The notes below the pieces were generated by a model. That model ran no database searches and was not told the DNA's origin. It was given only the letters and a program-made list of their open reading frames with translations. The translations under genes and the position numbers were made by a program. DNA of 63,149 bases, filler included, from Octopus bimaculoides (taxonomy: Eukaryota): assembly GCF_001194135.2 (NCBI RefSeq). It is 6 parts of 6 records of this genome, joined end to end, with 100 filler letters (N's around TTAATTAATTAA, not from the genome) between each part and the next. Parts side by side here need not be neighbours in the genome. Positions count along the whole stretch, not along the records: positions 23,496 to 40,401 come from NC_068992.1; positions 40,502 to 56,443 come from NC_068989.1; 4 more parts are not named here. One strand, written 5' to 3'. This document shows, in pieces, positions 37,933 through 49,099 of the stretch (within the stretch, counting starts at the first letter, position 1; the number at the start of each line of letters is the position of its first letter).

Positions 37933-38460
37933 GAATGAGAGAGCAGTGCATGCCATCAAAATGACACTGGGGTAAAATATACGCGGCCCAATATACCCTT
38001 CACGACTACCCGTCTGATAAGGGTACACCAGGCACATGCATCACAACCACATGTGCGCGACATGGTGATCTCATATCAAGATAAACAGCTCATAACCTCA
38101 CAGGTGAGGCCCAGTTAGAATTTTCTTAAGGTCGAGTAGCTCATCCCGCTCAAAAGGTCCCTGAATAAGGGTTGTTTAAGGATGTTCAGCAAAACACCCA
38201 TGTGCCCAAAGGTAAACTATTCAAACCCCCAATGAATTCCTCTCAACACATGGCTATGATGCTCCCCCACAACTTCTGCCCATGATCAGAGATGCACATA
38301 TCATCAGCCACCAAGGGACATGCTGAACTGGTTAAGGTCAAACATCTATGGTATTGAGCAAAATATTTGCTCTAGTCCATCTTTTATACTAAGACAAAAC
38401 AATGTACTTCCAATCAATTAGGATCAGACGTCATGAGAGCCACTGCCTGGTACTGCATCA
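37933..38460 (-). mobile_element. Unclassified repeat family E, copy 2
   Basis: Shares GAGCAGTGCATGCCATC, CGTCTGATAA, GATCTCATATCAAGATAAACAGC and other blocks with copy 1; flanked by AAT/GAT repeats. Confidence 0.8.
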
Positions 38461-38479
38461 TTATTATCATCATCATTAT

Positions 38480-38782
38480 TATTTTCTCTTTATCAACGGT
38501 CTTGTTGGAGCTCGTAGAGGGTCTCATGCGTAGCGGGCTCAGGTAAAGCCTACGGTACCATGCTATTCGTTCTTTTCAGCTGTCTAATACTTCCCTGATT
38601 ATTCTGACTGTGCCAAGGACGCAACCCTTTTGTAACATTTCTACTGGGCACTCTGTCCCAATTTTCTTTATATTCTCCTTCATGTCTTCTGATACTGTTC
38701 CCAAGAACCCAACAATAATTGGCACAATAATTCCACCTTCTTCATTTTCCATAGCTGAACTATTTCATACTTAAGAGACTTG

Positions 38783-38835
<53 letters not shown>

Positions 38836-39095
38836 CTTCGCGTTCCTTTTTGATTATTCATGGGTCGAAGGGGCCTGCCATGTTAACAATATAGCATATG
38901 TGGTGCACCTTGTACGTCACCACTAGGTCCGGTCTGTTATGTTCTAGCACCTGATCTGTTTAGAATGGGATTTTGCTAGTATCCGACTCTCCCACACTCT
39001 ACGGTTTGTACTCATACCACGTCTTATCACACTCTCTCTTGCCCCTCTTCTCGCATAGTTTCCAATGTAGCACTGCCTGGTAATGGCATTTATCA
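38480..39095 (-). mobile_element. R4/Dong LINE 3' remnant with restriction-like endonuclease, split by (ATCT)n
   Basis: HDK..LHWKLCEK..WYEYKP..TDQVLEHNRPDLVV..CYIVNMAGPFD ... LKYEIVQLWKMKKV..VPIIVGFLGTV..LQKGCVLGTVRIIREVLDS*. Confidence 0.88.
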
Positions 39096-39294
39096 TGATG
39101 ATGATGATGATAATGATCATCATCATTATTATTGATAATAATAATAATAATAATGATAATAGTAATAATGATAACAACAATAATAACAATATTAACAACA
39201 GCAACAACAACAACAACAACAACAACAATATCTCCTCGTGTCATAGCTTTGCGATGTTCCACTTCGCAAATATCTCCTTCGGGTATAACCACTG

Positions 39295-39385
39295 AATAGA
39301 AGAGAATATGACCAAAAACTGCATGTACTCCACCTCATGCAACTGTGGTAGACTATACAAAGGCGAAACATGCTGCCCCCCCCCC
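39295..39385 (+). mobile_element. Penelope-like GIY-YIG endonuclease fragment
   Basis: KNCMYSTSCNCGRLYKGETC resembles the PLE VYxIPCxCGxxYxGET motif. Confidence 0.65.
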
Positions 39386-39399
39386 CACACTCAAAATAA

Positions 39400-40090
39400 G
39401 AATAGTTTCTCCATTAACGTCTATCGCTTCATATGCCTTCCCAAAATGTCACTACTTCTCTCATATCAGGTGGGTCTGTTTTCCACTGTTTTCCTAACTC
39501 TCCGTAGAATTTCTTAGCGTCAGTTTACAATATCTTATTTTGTCAGCAACATTTGTTTCTCTTTTCATATCTGCGTAAGCATTCGGGATAAAACTGAACT
39601 TATTTCTTACCACCTCTTTTGCTCTCAGGAATTCATTCATGTTTACCAGATTGTACTTTAGCTTCAACTTTCTACCCACTCTCATTGTTATATTATTTCT
39701 TTGGAGATTTCGTTTAAGATCAATGATTCCCATCGGAAACACTCATTTCCTTGTTTATGCACTATTTGCACTCGTGTACGTATTTTCGATCATTTATCCT
39801 TATTTTAACGGATATTTTCTTTGTGACAGCAACATATTTTGAGTACATAAGATGGTTTAATAAAGTTAAATGCATCTTAGTTTTATGGATATTCTGATCT
39901 GTGCATGCTGATATATTTTGACCTTGCAGCGATTTGAGTTGGTATTCTGAAACTTCGGTAAACAATATCTCCCATTCACTAACTTGCTCAAGATATCGTT
40001 CTTTTTAGCTTCTAGCATTTTTCCTCTATTGGCTTCAGCAGATGCATCAGCCATTAAAGCTTCAGGTTCATTCCTACTTTCTGGTATCGC
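39400..40090 (-). mobile_element. R4/Dong LINE remnant (pre-RT region)
   Basis: Frameshifted QNKI..TDAKKFYGELGK..DPPDMREVVTFWEGI, matching the R4/Dong QNxLFxxNxKxFY..FWxxIW pattern. Confidence 0.65.
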
Positions 40091-40142
40091 TATTATAATT
40101 TTTATTATTATTATCATTATTATTATTATTATTATTATTATT

Positions 40143-40401
40143 GTTCAGTAGTTTTATTTTTATAACGTGCTTTCACTTCACTACCGAGCGCAGCTCTGTG
40201 CGCCTTGGGTATGTGCTGTGGTTTGCTGTGGTGCTTTTATGTTTACTGTATTGAAAGTGTTTTGCGTAGAATGTGTGCAGTACCCAGTAGTGCAATTTTC
40301 TGTATGTTACATATATTTGTGAGTCCTGGTATTTTTGTTATGTATTTGTCTGAGTATTTTTTAATTATACCTAAGGCACCTACTATGATAGGAATTGTTT
40401 C
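40143..40401 (-). mobile_element. Young R4/Dong LINE 3' end with (TAA)n tail; rest lost in a gap
   Basis: Uninterrupted ETIPIIVGALGIIKKYSDKYITKIPGLTNICNIQKIALLGTAHILRKTLSIQ*, a short 3'UTR and then (TAA)n at ~40097-40142. Confidence 0.92.
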
Positions 40402-40502
40402 NNNNNNNNNNNNNNNNNNNNNNNNNNNNNNNNNNNNNNNNNNNNTTAATTAATTAANNNNNNNNNNNNNNNNNNNNNNNNNNNNNNNNNNNNNNNNNNN
40501 NG

Positions 40503-40790
40503 AAAACACCTAAAAGCTTCACGAGGCTCCGGCAGGGGATGGTGGCGAACCCTGCTGTACTCTTTCTCTCACTCTTACTTCCTGTTTCTGTTGTGCCTGT
40601 AATTCAAAGGGTCAGCCTTGTCACACTCTGTGTCACGCTGAATATCCCCGAGAACTACGTTAAGGGTACATGTGTCTGTGGAGTGCTCAGCCACTTGCAC
40701 GTTAATCTCACGAGCAGGCTGTTCCGTTGATCGGATCAACTGGAACCCTCGACGTCGTAAGCGACGGAGTACCAACAACAACAACAATCT
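40503..40790 (+). mobile_element. SINE family C (subfamily C2); head lost in a gap; (CAA)n tail
   Basis: Near-identical to the reverse complement of 42969-43257. Confidence 0.92.
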
Positions 40791-41065
40791 CTATATACAT
40801 AACTTTCTCCACCTTGGTGGCTTTTGAGAACTACTGCTGCTGCTACTGCTACAACTGGTCGTGTGTAGGAGTGTCTAATATATGTGAAAAAAAAACATTA
40901 CACCGGTTTGGACGACCTCGGTATCTATATCTCTGAATGAATGCTTAATACTGGTAATTCAGCTCTGATTGGGTGCAAGTATACTTAAGAACGTTCCAAC
41001 TATGCCTATCCTGTCGTTTCTTTTTCAAACTTTTCTTCTTTTTTTTTTTTTTACATTATATACAT

Positions 41066-41545
41066 AGGCGCATGAGTGGCTGTGTGCTAAGTAGCTTGCT
41101 TACCAACCACATGGTTCCGGGTTCAGTCCCACTGCGCGGCACCTTGGGCAAGTGTCTTCTACTATAGCCTCGGGCCGACCAAAGCCTTGTGAGTGGATTT
41201 GGTAGACGGAAACTGAAAGAAGCCCGTCGTATATATGTGTATATATANNNNNNNNNNNNNNNNNNNNNNNNNNNNNNNNNNNNNNNNNNNNNNNNNNNNN
41301 NNNNTATATATATATATATATGTATGTATGTGTGTTTGTGTGTCTGTGTTTGTCCCCCCACCATCACTTGACAACCGATGCTGGTGTGTTTACGTCACCG
41401 TAACTTAGCGGTTCGGCAAAAGAGGCCGATAGAATAAGTACTAGGCATCCAAAGAATAAGTCCTGGGGTCGATTTGCTCGACTAAAGGCGATGCTCCAGC
41501 ATGGCCACAGTCAAATGATTGAAACAAGTAAAAGAGTAAAAGAGT
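41066..41545 (+). mobile_element. SINE family A, full length
   Basis: AGGCGCATGAGTGGCTGTGTG head, B-box, internal microsatellite (gapped) and (GTAAAAGA)2 tail. Confidence 0.93.
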
Positions 41546-42099
41546 ATAGGCTCTACTGAGCCTATGTATATAATGTCTCGATTGAGCAAATGGGAAATAG
41601 ACACGCTTCAAAGAACAAACTAGTATAGAATGAAGTGTGCTGTTTTAACACACATCAGTGGGAATTGAGCTGAAGGTATGTGAGTTGGAAATCCCAAACT
41701 ATAACGATTCGGTTATTTGGAGAGAGGTGTGGTGCTGATAAACAGCGAGAAAAAGTGTTTGAAAGAGAAAGTTAATACCAACAGAGATCTAAGTGTGAAT
41801 TTGAAATATGATAGAGACAGTAGCATTTTTCATCCGAAGTAATATTTTTAGTGAAAGTGTAGAATCCAATGAAACTAATGATGTTCTGTGTCTGTAAATA
41901 GTAAGTGTAAAAGGTTGATAGTTGCAGTAGAGATATTAGTCTCTCTCTACCACCTTTCAACAAAATTATATATTGAGAAACAGTAGAACGATTAACAACA
42001 TAATAAAAATAAGTTTTATTTTTGGTGATGCTTGGTTTTACAAATCCTGTGTTATTCAGCCTGGCAGCCGCTTGTTAACTTGTAATCGGAATCTGGATA

Positions 42100-42380
42100 T
42101 TAGGAGCTTCGTTGAGGCATGCCAAAGGAGCAAGTAATTGTCACGTCGAAAGCATCGCGCTAAACGGGCTTAGAAAGCGCGCGAAGCGCTTTAAGTACTG
42201 GTTTTACTACGCATGCGCACTCGAGGAGCTTCCGGGAAGGCAAGTCCCTTACGCATGCGTAGATTGTACTTTCTTAATGGCGGCCATAATTACGCGCCAC
42301 TACATAAGTACCAAAAAAGAAGAAACTTTATGTTTTGAGTACGGTTTCTCATTAGAGGAGTAAGCCGCCATTTCGATATT
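42100..42380. promoter_or_regulatory. CpG-rich promoter-like island
   Basis: Unique CpG-dense DNA with NRF1-like ACGCATGCGC (42209-42218) and ACGCATGCGT (42251-42260), ETS GCTTCCGG (42228-42235), and YY1-like AATGGCGGCC (42276-42285) and GCCGCCATTT (42364-42373). Confidence 0.7.
42277..42359 (+). CDS. Candidate first coding exon MAAIITRHYISTKKEETLCFEYGFSLE(E)
   Basis: ATGGCG overlaps the YY1 motif just downstream of the NRF1 sites; donor GA|GTAAGC at 42360. Kozak context is weak and the product is unrecognised. Confidence 0.35.
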
Positions 42381-42968
42381 TTGATGAAGAGTTATGTCTC
42401 GAACGTTAAATTCTTCTTCTTCTTCTTCTCGACATACTAACATATTTCCACTTTGTGAACTTTTCGCAATAATATTTATAACTTCCTCGTTAGTGAAGTC
42501 ATCGTGAATTAATTAGATTTAAAGAAATAAATCAGATGATACTAAAAATTAACGATGTATTATATAAGGAACTCGTGAGTCAAATATCTAAATATTTCTC
42601 AGGTTTGTTTGTTAGCGATGATCTGAGGTAATGTTCTCTTACTGTACACTATAACAACATCATATCGCATTACAATAGTAGTTCTAAAACTTGTGCAGCT
42701 CAGCGACTCCTTTCACGGAATGGCGTTTTGCAAACTCCTCCACCTTATATTTCGAAAAAGAAAACCAAAATAGTAGATTATTTTAATCAGACAGAAGTTA
42801 TTTCGTATATTTTCTTCTGCTTTTCGTCCAGCATGTGATCCCTTTTAGATATATCTGCGTGGATTAGTTCCTTCTATGATTATAAAAAATACTAAACAAA
42901 GCAAGAATTTATATAACGAAATTGCGTTGAGCCTAGGCGCATCATCAGTCATATTTCTGTTCACTGAT

Positions 42969-43352
42969 TGTTGTTGGCACTCCGTCGCTTTCGACGTCGA
43001 GGGTTGCAGTTGATCCGATCAACGGAGCAGCCTGCTCGTGAAATTAACGTGCATGTGGCTGAGCACTCCACAGACACGTGTACCCTTAACGTAGTTCTCG
43101 GGGATATTCAGCGTGACACAGTGCGACAAGGCTGACCCTTTAAATTACAGGCACAACAGAAACAGGAAGTAAGAGTGAGAGATAATTGTGGCGAAAGAGT
43201 ACAGCAGGGTTCGCTACCATCCCCTGCCGGAGCCTCGTGGAGCTTTAGGTGTTTTCGCTCAATAAACACTCACAACGCCCGGCCTGGGAATCGAAACCGC
43301 GATCTTATGACCACGAGTCCGCTGTCCTAACCATTGGGCCATTGCGCTTCCA
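42969..43352 (-). mobile_element. SINE family C2, full length, with 12-bp TSD
   Basis: TSD CTGTTCACTGAT at 42957-42968 and 43353-43364; A-box TGGCCCAATGG, B-box GGTTTCGATTCC and (CAA)n tail. Confidence 0.95.
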
Positions 43353-43992
43353 CTGTTCACTGATAACTCAGTGTTAATTCAGCTGAAATTAGTACCAACT
43401 GAGTGCTAGTCTAGCCCTCTCTCTCCCTCTAGATGGATATTCCGTGAGTCAAGAGTGGGGGAGTCGGTAGATGTGTATGTCTGTTCGCGTCAGCATAGGT
43501 ACCCAAGACAATTAGCCAAAGCATAATACAAGCAGCTAGGTCATTCTCGCTTGCGAGTGATGGCAGTGAATAACACGATGTCCCAATATTATGTGTATAA
43601 ACGCTAAAGGGGAAAGGGAGCATTGGATGGTACTAATGGGGCACTGAAAAAGTATTAGTAAAATAAAAGCAGTGATAACTAAAAAAAAAAAAAAATCTGA
43701 CAAGCGCTGCTTTTCGTTACGTGACTGCTGTATGAATCTGTATTCTAAGCTAGTAATCTGTGTATCAGACTCAAAGCAAATACACCACAGAAAGCCAGTT
43801 TAACTGTGGCATTCGTCCGGAAATAATATCTCTTATGGACGTACTGTGTTAAATAATTCAAAATTATATCAGTAACACCTATTAATGCTACCATATTAGC
43901 ATTAATAGGTGCTGGTAATGGGTGCCAACCTATGTTTGTGACTGGGCCATTGAGCCTCCACTGTCATATATAATACATGTACATACATACAT

Positions 43993-44047
<55 letters not shown>

Positions 44048-44616
44048 CGTTTATGTGTGATAAGAGAGAGAGAGAGTAAGAGAGTATAAGAGATAAGGTG
44101 ATAAACATTTTGGTGGGGGTAATATAATTCAAGACTAACTGGAAGAACCGGTTATATGACAAATTCCAATATATCTGGTACTTTCCAACTAAAATACACA
44201 AAATTGGGCAAACCCCTTATATGGAAGAGGATATTTGCCATTGCTCTATATTGATTTTATTGCAGATCGATAAAGTCAACACAATCTGAAGAGATCTGAA
44301 ATAGAAGTCTGGTAGGATACTGTATGTGGTGAACTCCTGTTATAAGCGATGTATCTCAAATGCCTCTCCTGTTATATAATGACATGAAACTCAGGGATGG
44401 CTAATAGAAAAGGTGGACAGATACAAACTAACAGGCTAGAACCTGCACATAAATGCACAACACAGCAGAATATAGGCACTAGACACTACAATAGAGAGAA
44501 TACTTTCAATGCATTAGAAAGAACAAAACCAAAACACAACAGAAAAAATCAAATCGAAGCAAGACAGAAACCCAAAACAAAACACAAAGCCAGTAGTTTT
44601 ACCCTCGAAAATTATT

Positions 44617-44813
44617 TATCTTTTACTTGTTTCAGTCATTAGACTGCGGCCATGCTGGGACACTTCCCTGGAGTATTTTTAGTCGAATGAATCGATCCCA
44701 GTACCTTTTTTTAAAGTCTGGTATTTATTCCAAACCACTAAGTTACAGAGATGTAAACACACCACCACCGGTTGTAAAGCACACAAACACACACACACAC
44801 ACATATGTATGCA

Positions 44814-44875
<62 letters not shown>

Positions 44876-45036
44876 CACACACACATACGACGCGCTTCTT
44901 TCAGATTCCATCTACCAAATCCACTTACAAGGCTTTGGTCGGCCCGAGGCTATAGTATAAGACACTTGCTCAAGGTGCAACGTAGTGGGACTGAACCCGG
45001 AACTGTGTGGTTGGGAAACAAGCTTCTTACCACACG
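44617..45036 (-). mobile_element. SINE family A
   Basis: Reverse complement of head, core, microsatellite and tail. Confidence 0.88.
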
Positions 45037-45639
45037 AAAGCATGCAATTCTTTCTTCATTTGCCGAGGCTGTTGAGGAAGGCGCCATAAAGACCAATTAT
45101 AAAAACAATATAAAGAGATGAAAGAAAATCTGCAACCCTCTTTCGCTACTTAACCTTTATTAACAGCAAAACAAAGTACAAAGTCTATAAGAAAAGAAAC
45201 CTCCAGTACCAAATCAAAAGTGACGTAAGAGAAAATATAAGACAGACGGTAATATTGGTCTTGAATAAGATATCATAGATTTTAGAATGCTTTGAGATAT
45301 TTGGAGAAGGAATAAAAATGGGTCACAAAACTTAGCCCTTTTAGAATTCAGATTACTCGATCAAATATAATGCTTGCTTTTTACATTGCTTTGAATAAAA
45401 TCATGCATTATTTCGTAGCTTTACGGTTTTGATGATGTGATTGTTCATTTTTAGAATAACACTGTGTGTTGAGAGAAACCAGATCTGGCCGGTTTGAATA
45501 TAAAACAGGTAGAATATTTGGGCTGGATATGGCTGGTTTAAATGCTAAAGGTTTAAAGGAATAATTGATTAGTTACTGAATAAAATTACCATCATTACGG
45601 AAGAATTCATGTTATAATTGGGAGTAGGGACTATTAAGA

Positions 45640-45766
45640 TGCCGATGCGTGGTTTAGTGATAACGGTGTTGCCCTCATAATCCTGAGACTCTGGTTTCGA
45701 TTCTTGGACTGGGCGTGCGTTGTGTTTTCTTGAGAAAAACAGTTCATTTCACGTTGCTCCAGTCAA
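45640..45766 (+). mobile_element. SINE family C-type tRNA-like head, truncated by a gap
   Basis: GTGGTTTAGTG..GGTTTCGATTC..TTCATTTCACGTTGCTCCAGTC. Confidence 0.7.
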
Positions 45767-46388
45767 NNNNNNNNNNNNNNNNNNNNNNNNNNNNNNNNNN
45801 NNNNNNNNNNNNNNNNNNNNNNNNNNNNNNNNNNNNNNNNNNNNNNNNNNNNNNNNNNNNNNNNNNNNNNNNNNNNNNNNNNNNNNNNNNNNNNNNNNNN
45901 NNNNNNNNNNNNNNNNNNNNNNNNNNNNNNNNNNNNNNNNNNNNNNNNNNNNNNNNNNNNNNNNNNNNNNNNNNNNNNNNNNNNNNNNNNNNNNNNNNNN
46001 NNNNNNNNNNNNNTGTTGAATAAAATTGCAATTAAATGATTAACTGATCCTCCTGTATTTTCTTTTACCCAAAACCAAGAACTGGTAGTAGGTGTTAGAT
46101 TTAAAAACTGAAATCTAAAGAGAGATGGGATAAGAAAAAGAAAAGAGACCGGAAGAATTAGTTTCTTCAAAACATCTGCATTTTTTTTTTTTTTATTACG
46201 ATTTCTGAAACAACTATCAAAAAGAATAGTGGCGAAATAGTCCAAAGAAAATACAAGTTAAAACAAAAAGGCCTACAAAAAGGTAACAGAACCAAGTCTA
46301 AGACATGGAAAATAATTAAATATATATCACTAAAGTAGTATAAACATAACAGTATATTTATGTAGTGTTGTTTTATCATTCACTCACT

Positions 46389-46400
46389 ACGTCACTTCCG
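46389..46400. promoter_or_regulatory. ETS-CRE composite motif ACGTCACTTCCG
   Basis: Exact CGGAAGTGACGT on the minus strand in otherwise AT-rich unique DNA. Confidence 0.3.
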
Positions 46401-46511
46401 TTTCCTTTTACTTTCCTTCTTTCTTTTCCTTCTTAGCAGTGATAATTAATTAATCAAAGCGAAAACTGATTTTTTTCCGTTAAAGAACATAATTAAATTA
46501 TACTTATGAAT

Positions 46512-46730
46512 AGCCCTTTCTGCTATAGGCTCAAGGCCTGAAATTTTGGGAAGGATATTAGTCGATTATATCAACCTCAGAGCTCAACTGGCACATATTT
46601 TATTAACCCCATAAAGATGAAAGGCAAAGATGATCTCAGCGGTATTTAAACTCAGAACAGTAAAGTCGGAAGAAATACCGTGAAGCAATTTGTCTGGCGT
46701 TCTAACGACTCTGCCAGCTCGCTCCCTTAT
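46512..46730 (-). mobile_element. SINE family D, near full length
   Basis: Reverse complement of GGAGCGAGCTGGCAGAGTCGTTAG..CTGAGTTTAAAT..CTTTCATC.. Confidence 0.8.
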
Positions 46731-47020
46731 ATATTTATGAATAATGAAAAATCATTGTCAACAACACCTGAAGTATACTGAAGAATAACAAGCGTGTGCA
46801 GTGTTAGATGGTAAATGAAAACAATACTAGTCCAATTACTCAGGGTAACTGGAATATTAATTGGAATGTAAATAGAATACAGCAGTTAAGTATGACTATT
46901 TACCAAAAGGAGGGAAGTAAATAAGAAAATATCAAACTAAAAATCCACATGCCCAGACGGAATTCGGGTATTTCTGGTTTGAAAACTTCTCAAGTATGCA
47001 ATAACAGAAGGTGTGCTATT

Positions 47021-47498
47021 ATCTTTTGTCTTTTACATGTTTCAATCATTGGACTGTGACAATGCTAGGACTGTGACTGTCGCTATGCATTGGACTGTGA
47101 CTGGGGCTATGCATTGAAGGATTTAGTCGAACAAATCGACCTCAGTATTTACTTTTTTTAAGTATTTGTAAAAGTATTTGTTTACTTTTTCTTAAGGTTC
47201 TTGTTCTATAATTTACTTTTGCCGAACCGCTAAGTTACGGGGACATAGACAAACCATCACTGGTTTTTCAAACGGTGAGGGGTACAAATACAAACACCAA
47301 GACACACACACACACACACACACATGTATATATGTATACGACAGGCTTCCACACAGTTTCTGTCTACCAAATTTACTCACAAAGCATTAGTCGGCCCTGA
47401 ACTATAGCAGAAGACACTTGCTCAAGGTAGTGTGCAATAGGACTGAACACAAAATCATGTGGTTGCAATGCAAGCTTCTCAACCACACAATTATACCT
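47021..47498 (-). mobile_element. SINE family A, diverged, with local GGACTGTGAC triplication
   Basis: All family A blocks are present in reverse complement. Confidence 0.85.
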
Positions 47499-48470
47499 GT
47501 ATTTGTTATGAATGATAAAAGAAAGAACATGAGCCACTACACATTAATCATGTTTACTTCTGATGTGAAAATACAGGTATTTTTCAGCCGATTAATTAAA
47601 TAAATACTTACAGATGAGAAAAAAGGATTGCAGAGGAACTGATACATAAGTGAAAGATTAACAACTGATATACATTTTATATAATAACGTGGCCAAACAA
47701 TGAGGAGTGATTTGGATAGAAAATGTCGAGGATATATAGCCAGTGTGTAATATCAAAACGAAAAATATCTGATAAAGACCGACGGGGAAATGTCGAACAG
47801 TTTAAGGCAGACCTACAACGAACAATAATACGAGTATTCGATATATTTCAAGTATAAAATGGATCTACATTGACGGAAAGCAGTGAACAACTCAAGGCAG
47901 CAAACATGTAGCTTTTCGTAAGATTTCTTAACACCTGGAAGGGAGATGTGCAATGGAAAGAACACTATTATCATTATGTATAAAACACATGAAAGAAAGG
48001 AGGCGCTCTTTTCAAATTTTAACGTATAACCAGGCGGACAAAGCTAAACAAACTGCACCACAAATTGTCATTGAGAGTGCGTATGTATCTATGTGTGGTG
48101 TGTATAGTTGTGTGTGTATGAGAGAGGGATGGGGGATGTTGCATACCAAAACTGATTTCGTAATTTTAAATGTTAATTTTTCCATGGCGCTGAGTTTCTT
48201 AATGTTATAAGTAAATCATACGAGAAGATACAGTTTATTACTACAAATAATTTATTACTTGTAAAAGGGCAAAGCACCATGATCTTTGAAAAACCCTCAT
48301 AGAATTTTGAGAACGATGCAGTCACAGTTCAAACTGAACATCAATTTGCCTCCAACAAACCTGTTTGGTAGGGCATACAAAAATTATAATCTTCCTCTTC
48401 TGAAAAATTAAAATTTTTTACTAAAGATGAAAGGCTATAAAAGTGACGAGTATCTGATATCTTAACATAC

Positions 48471-48644
48471 CGACATCAGATTTTCCTCAAGATTTTTATC
48501 CTTCTTTGAACAACTAAATAAAGGCAAAATATTTCGTGGGTTCTTTAATTTACGGCTGCTTTTACAGCAAAACTTTAAGTTGTTGAAAACCTCGGTCGTA
48601 AGATTTATCATTTTAAGCCAAATTACTCCCACGCTACAGGCCAT
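48471..48644 (-). CDS. Candidate first coding exon MACSVGVIWLKMINLTTEVFNNLKFCCKSSRKLKNPRNILPLFSCSKKDKNLEENLMS
   Basis: Strong start context GCCAAAATGG, 58 open codons, and a phase-0 consensus donor TCG|GTATGT at 48470. Product not recognised. Confidence 0.4.
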
Positions 48645-49099
48645 TTTGGCAGTTCTAATTTATTCACTGTCATTTTAGTTTATCAAAAGGCAAAAAAATT
48701 TTCTGAAAAAGAAAGAAGAAAAGAAAATAAATTCTATACTAAATTTTCTGTTGTAGGATCCATTACTGAATTTAACAAACCCTCACTGTCCATAGCAAAA
48801 CGATGGCTTTGTTTAACTAAACCTGATGCTGTTTGTGCAACCTTTCCTACTAAACAAAATATTCAGTGTCTGCCTGAATAGATCATCTTATTTCAATTCG
48901 TGAAAGATTATAGATAGACTGCCTTAATAAGTCTCGCAGAAGAGAAATAAGAGAGTCAATTATTTCAGTGCAATGGACTAGGAGTTGACTAGTGACAAGT
49001 CGCAACAGGTCCTCTAAATGTTCAAGTGTCTGGTGTGAGCTGTGGAAAACTGGGTCAGACATAACAAACTTTCACGAATTTTCCATCTTGTTTTGTCAT

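Noticed and set aside
43270-43352. tRNA-like sequences here and at 9130-9200, 45640-45720 and 60430-60500 as tRNA genes
   Set aside because: They are SINE heads: A/B boxes are present, but there is no closed acceptor stem and they continue into shared SINE bodies.
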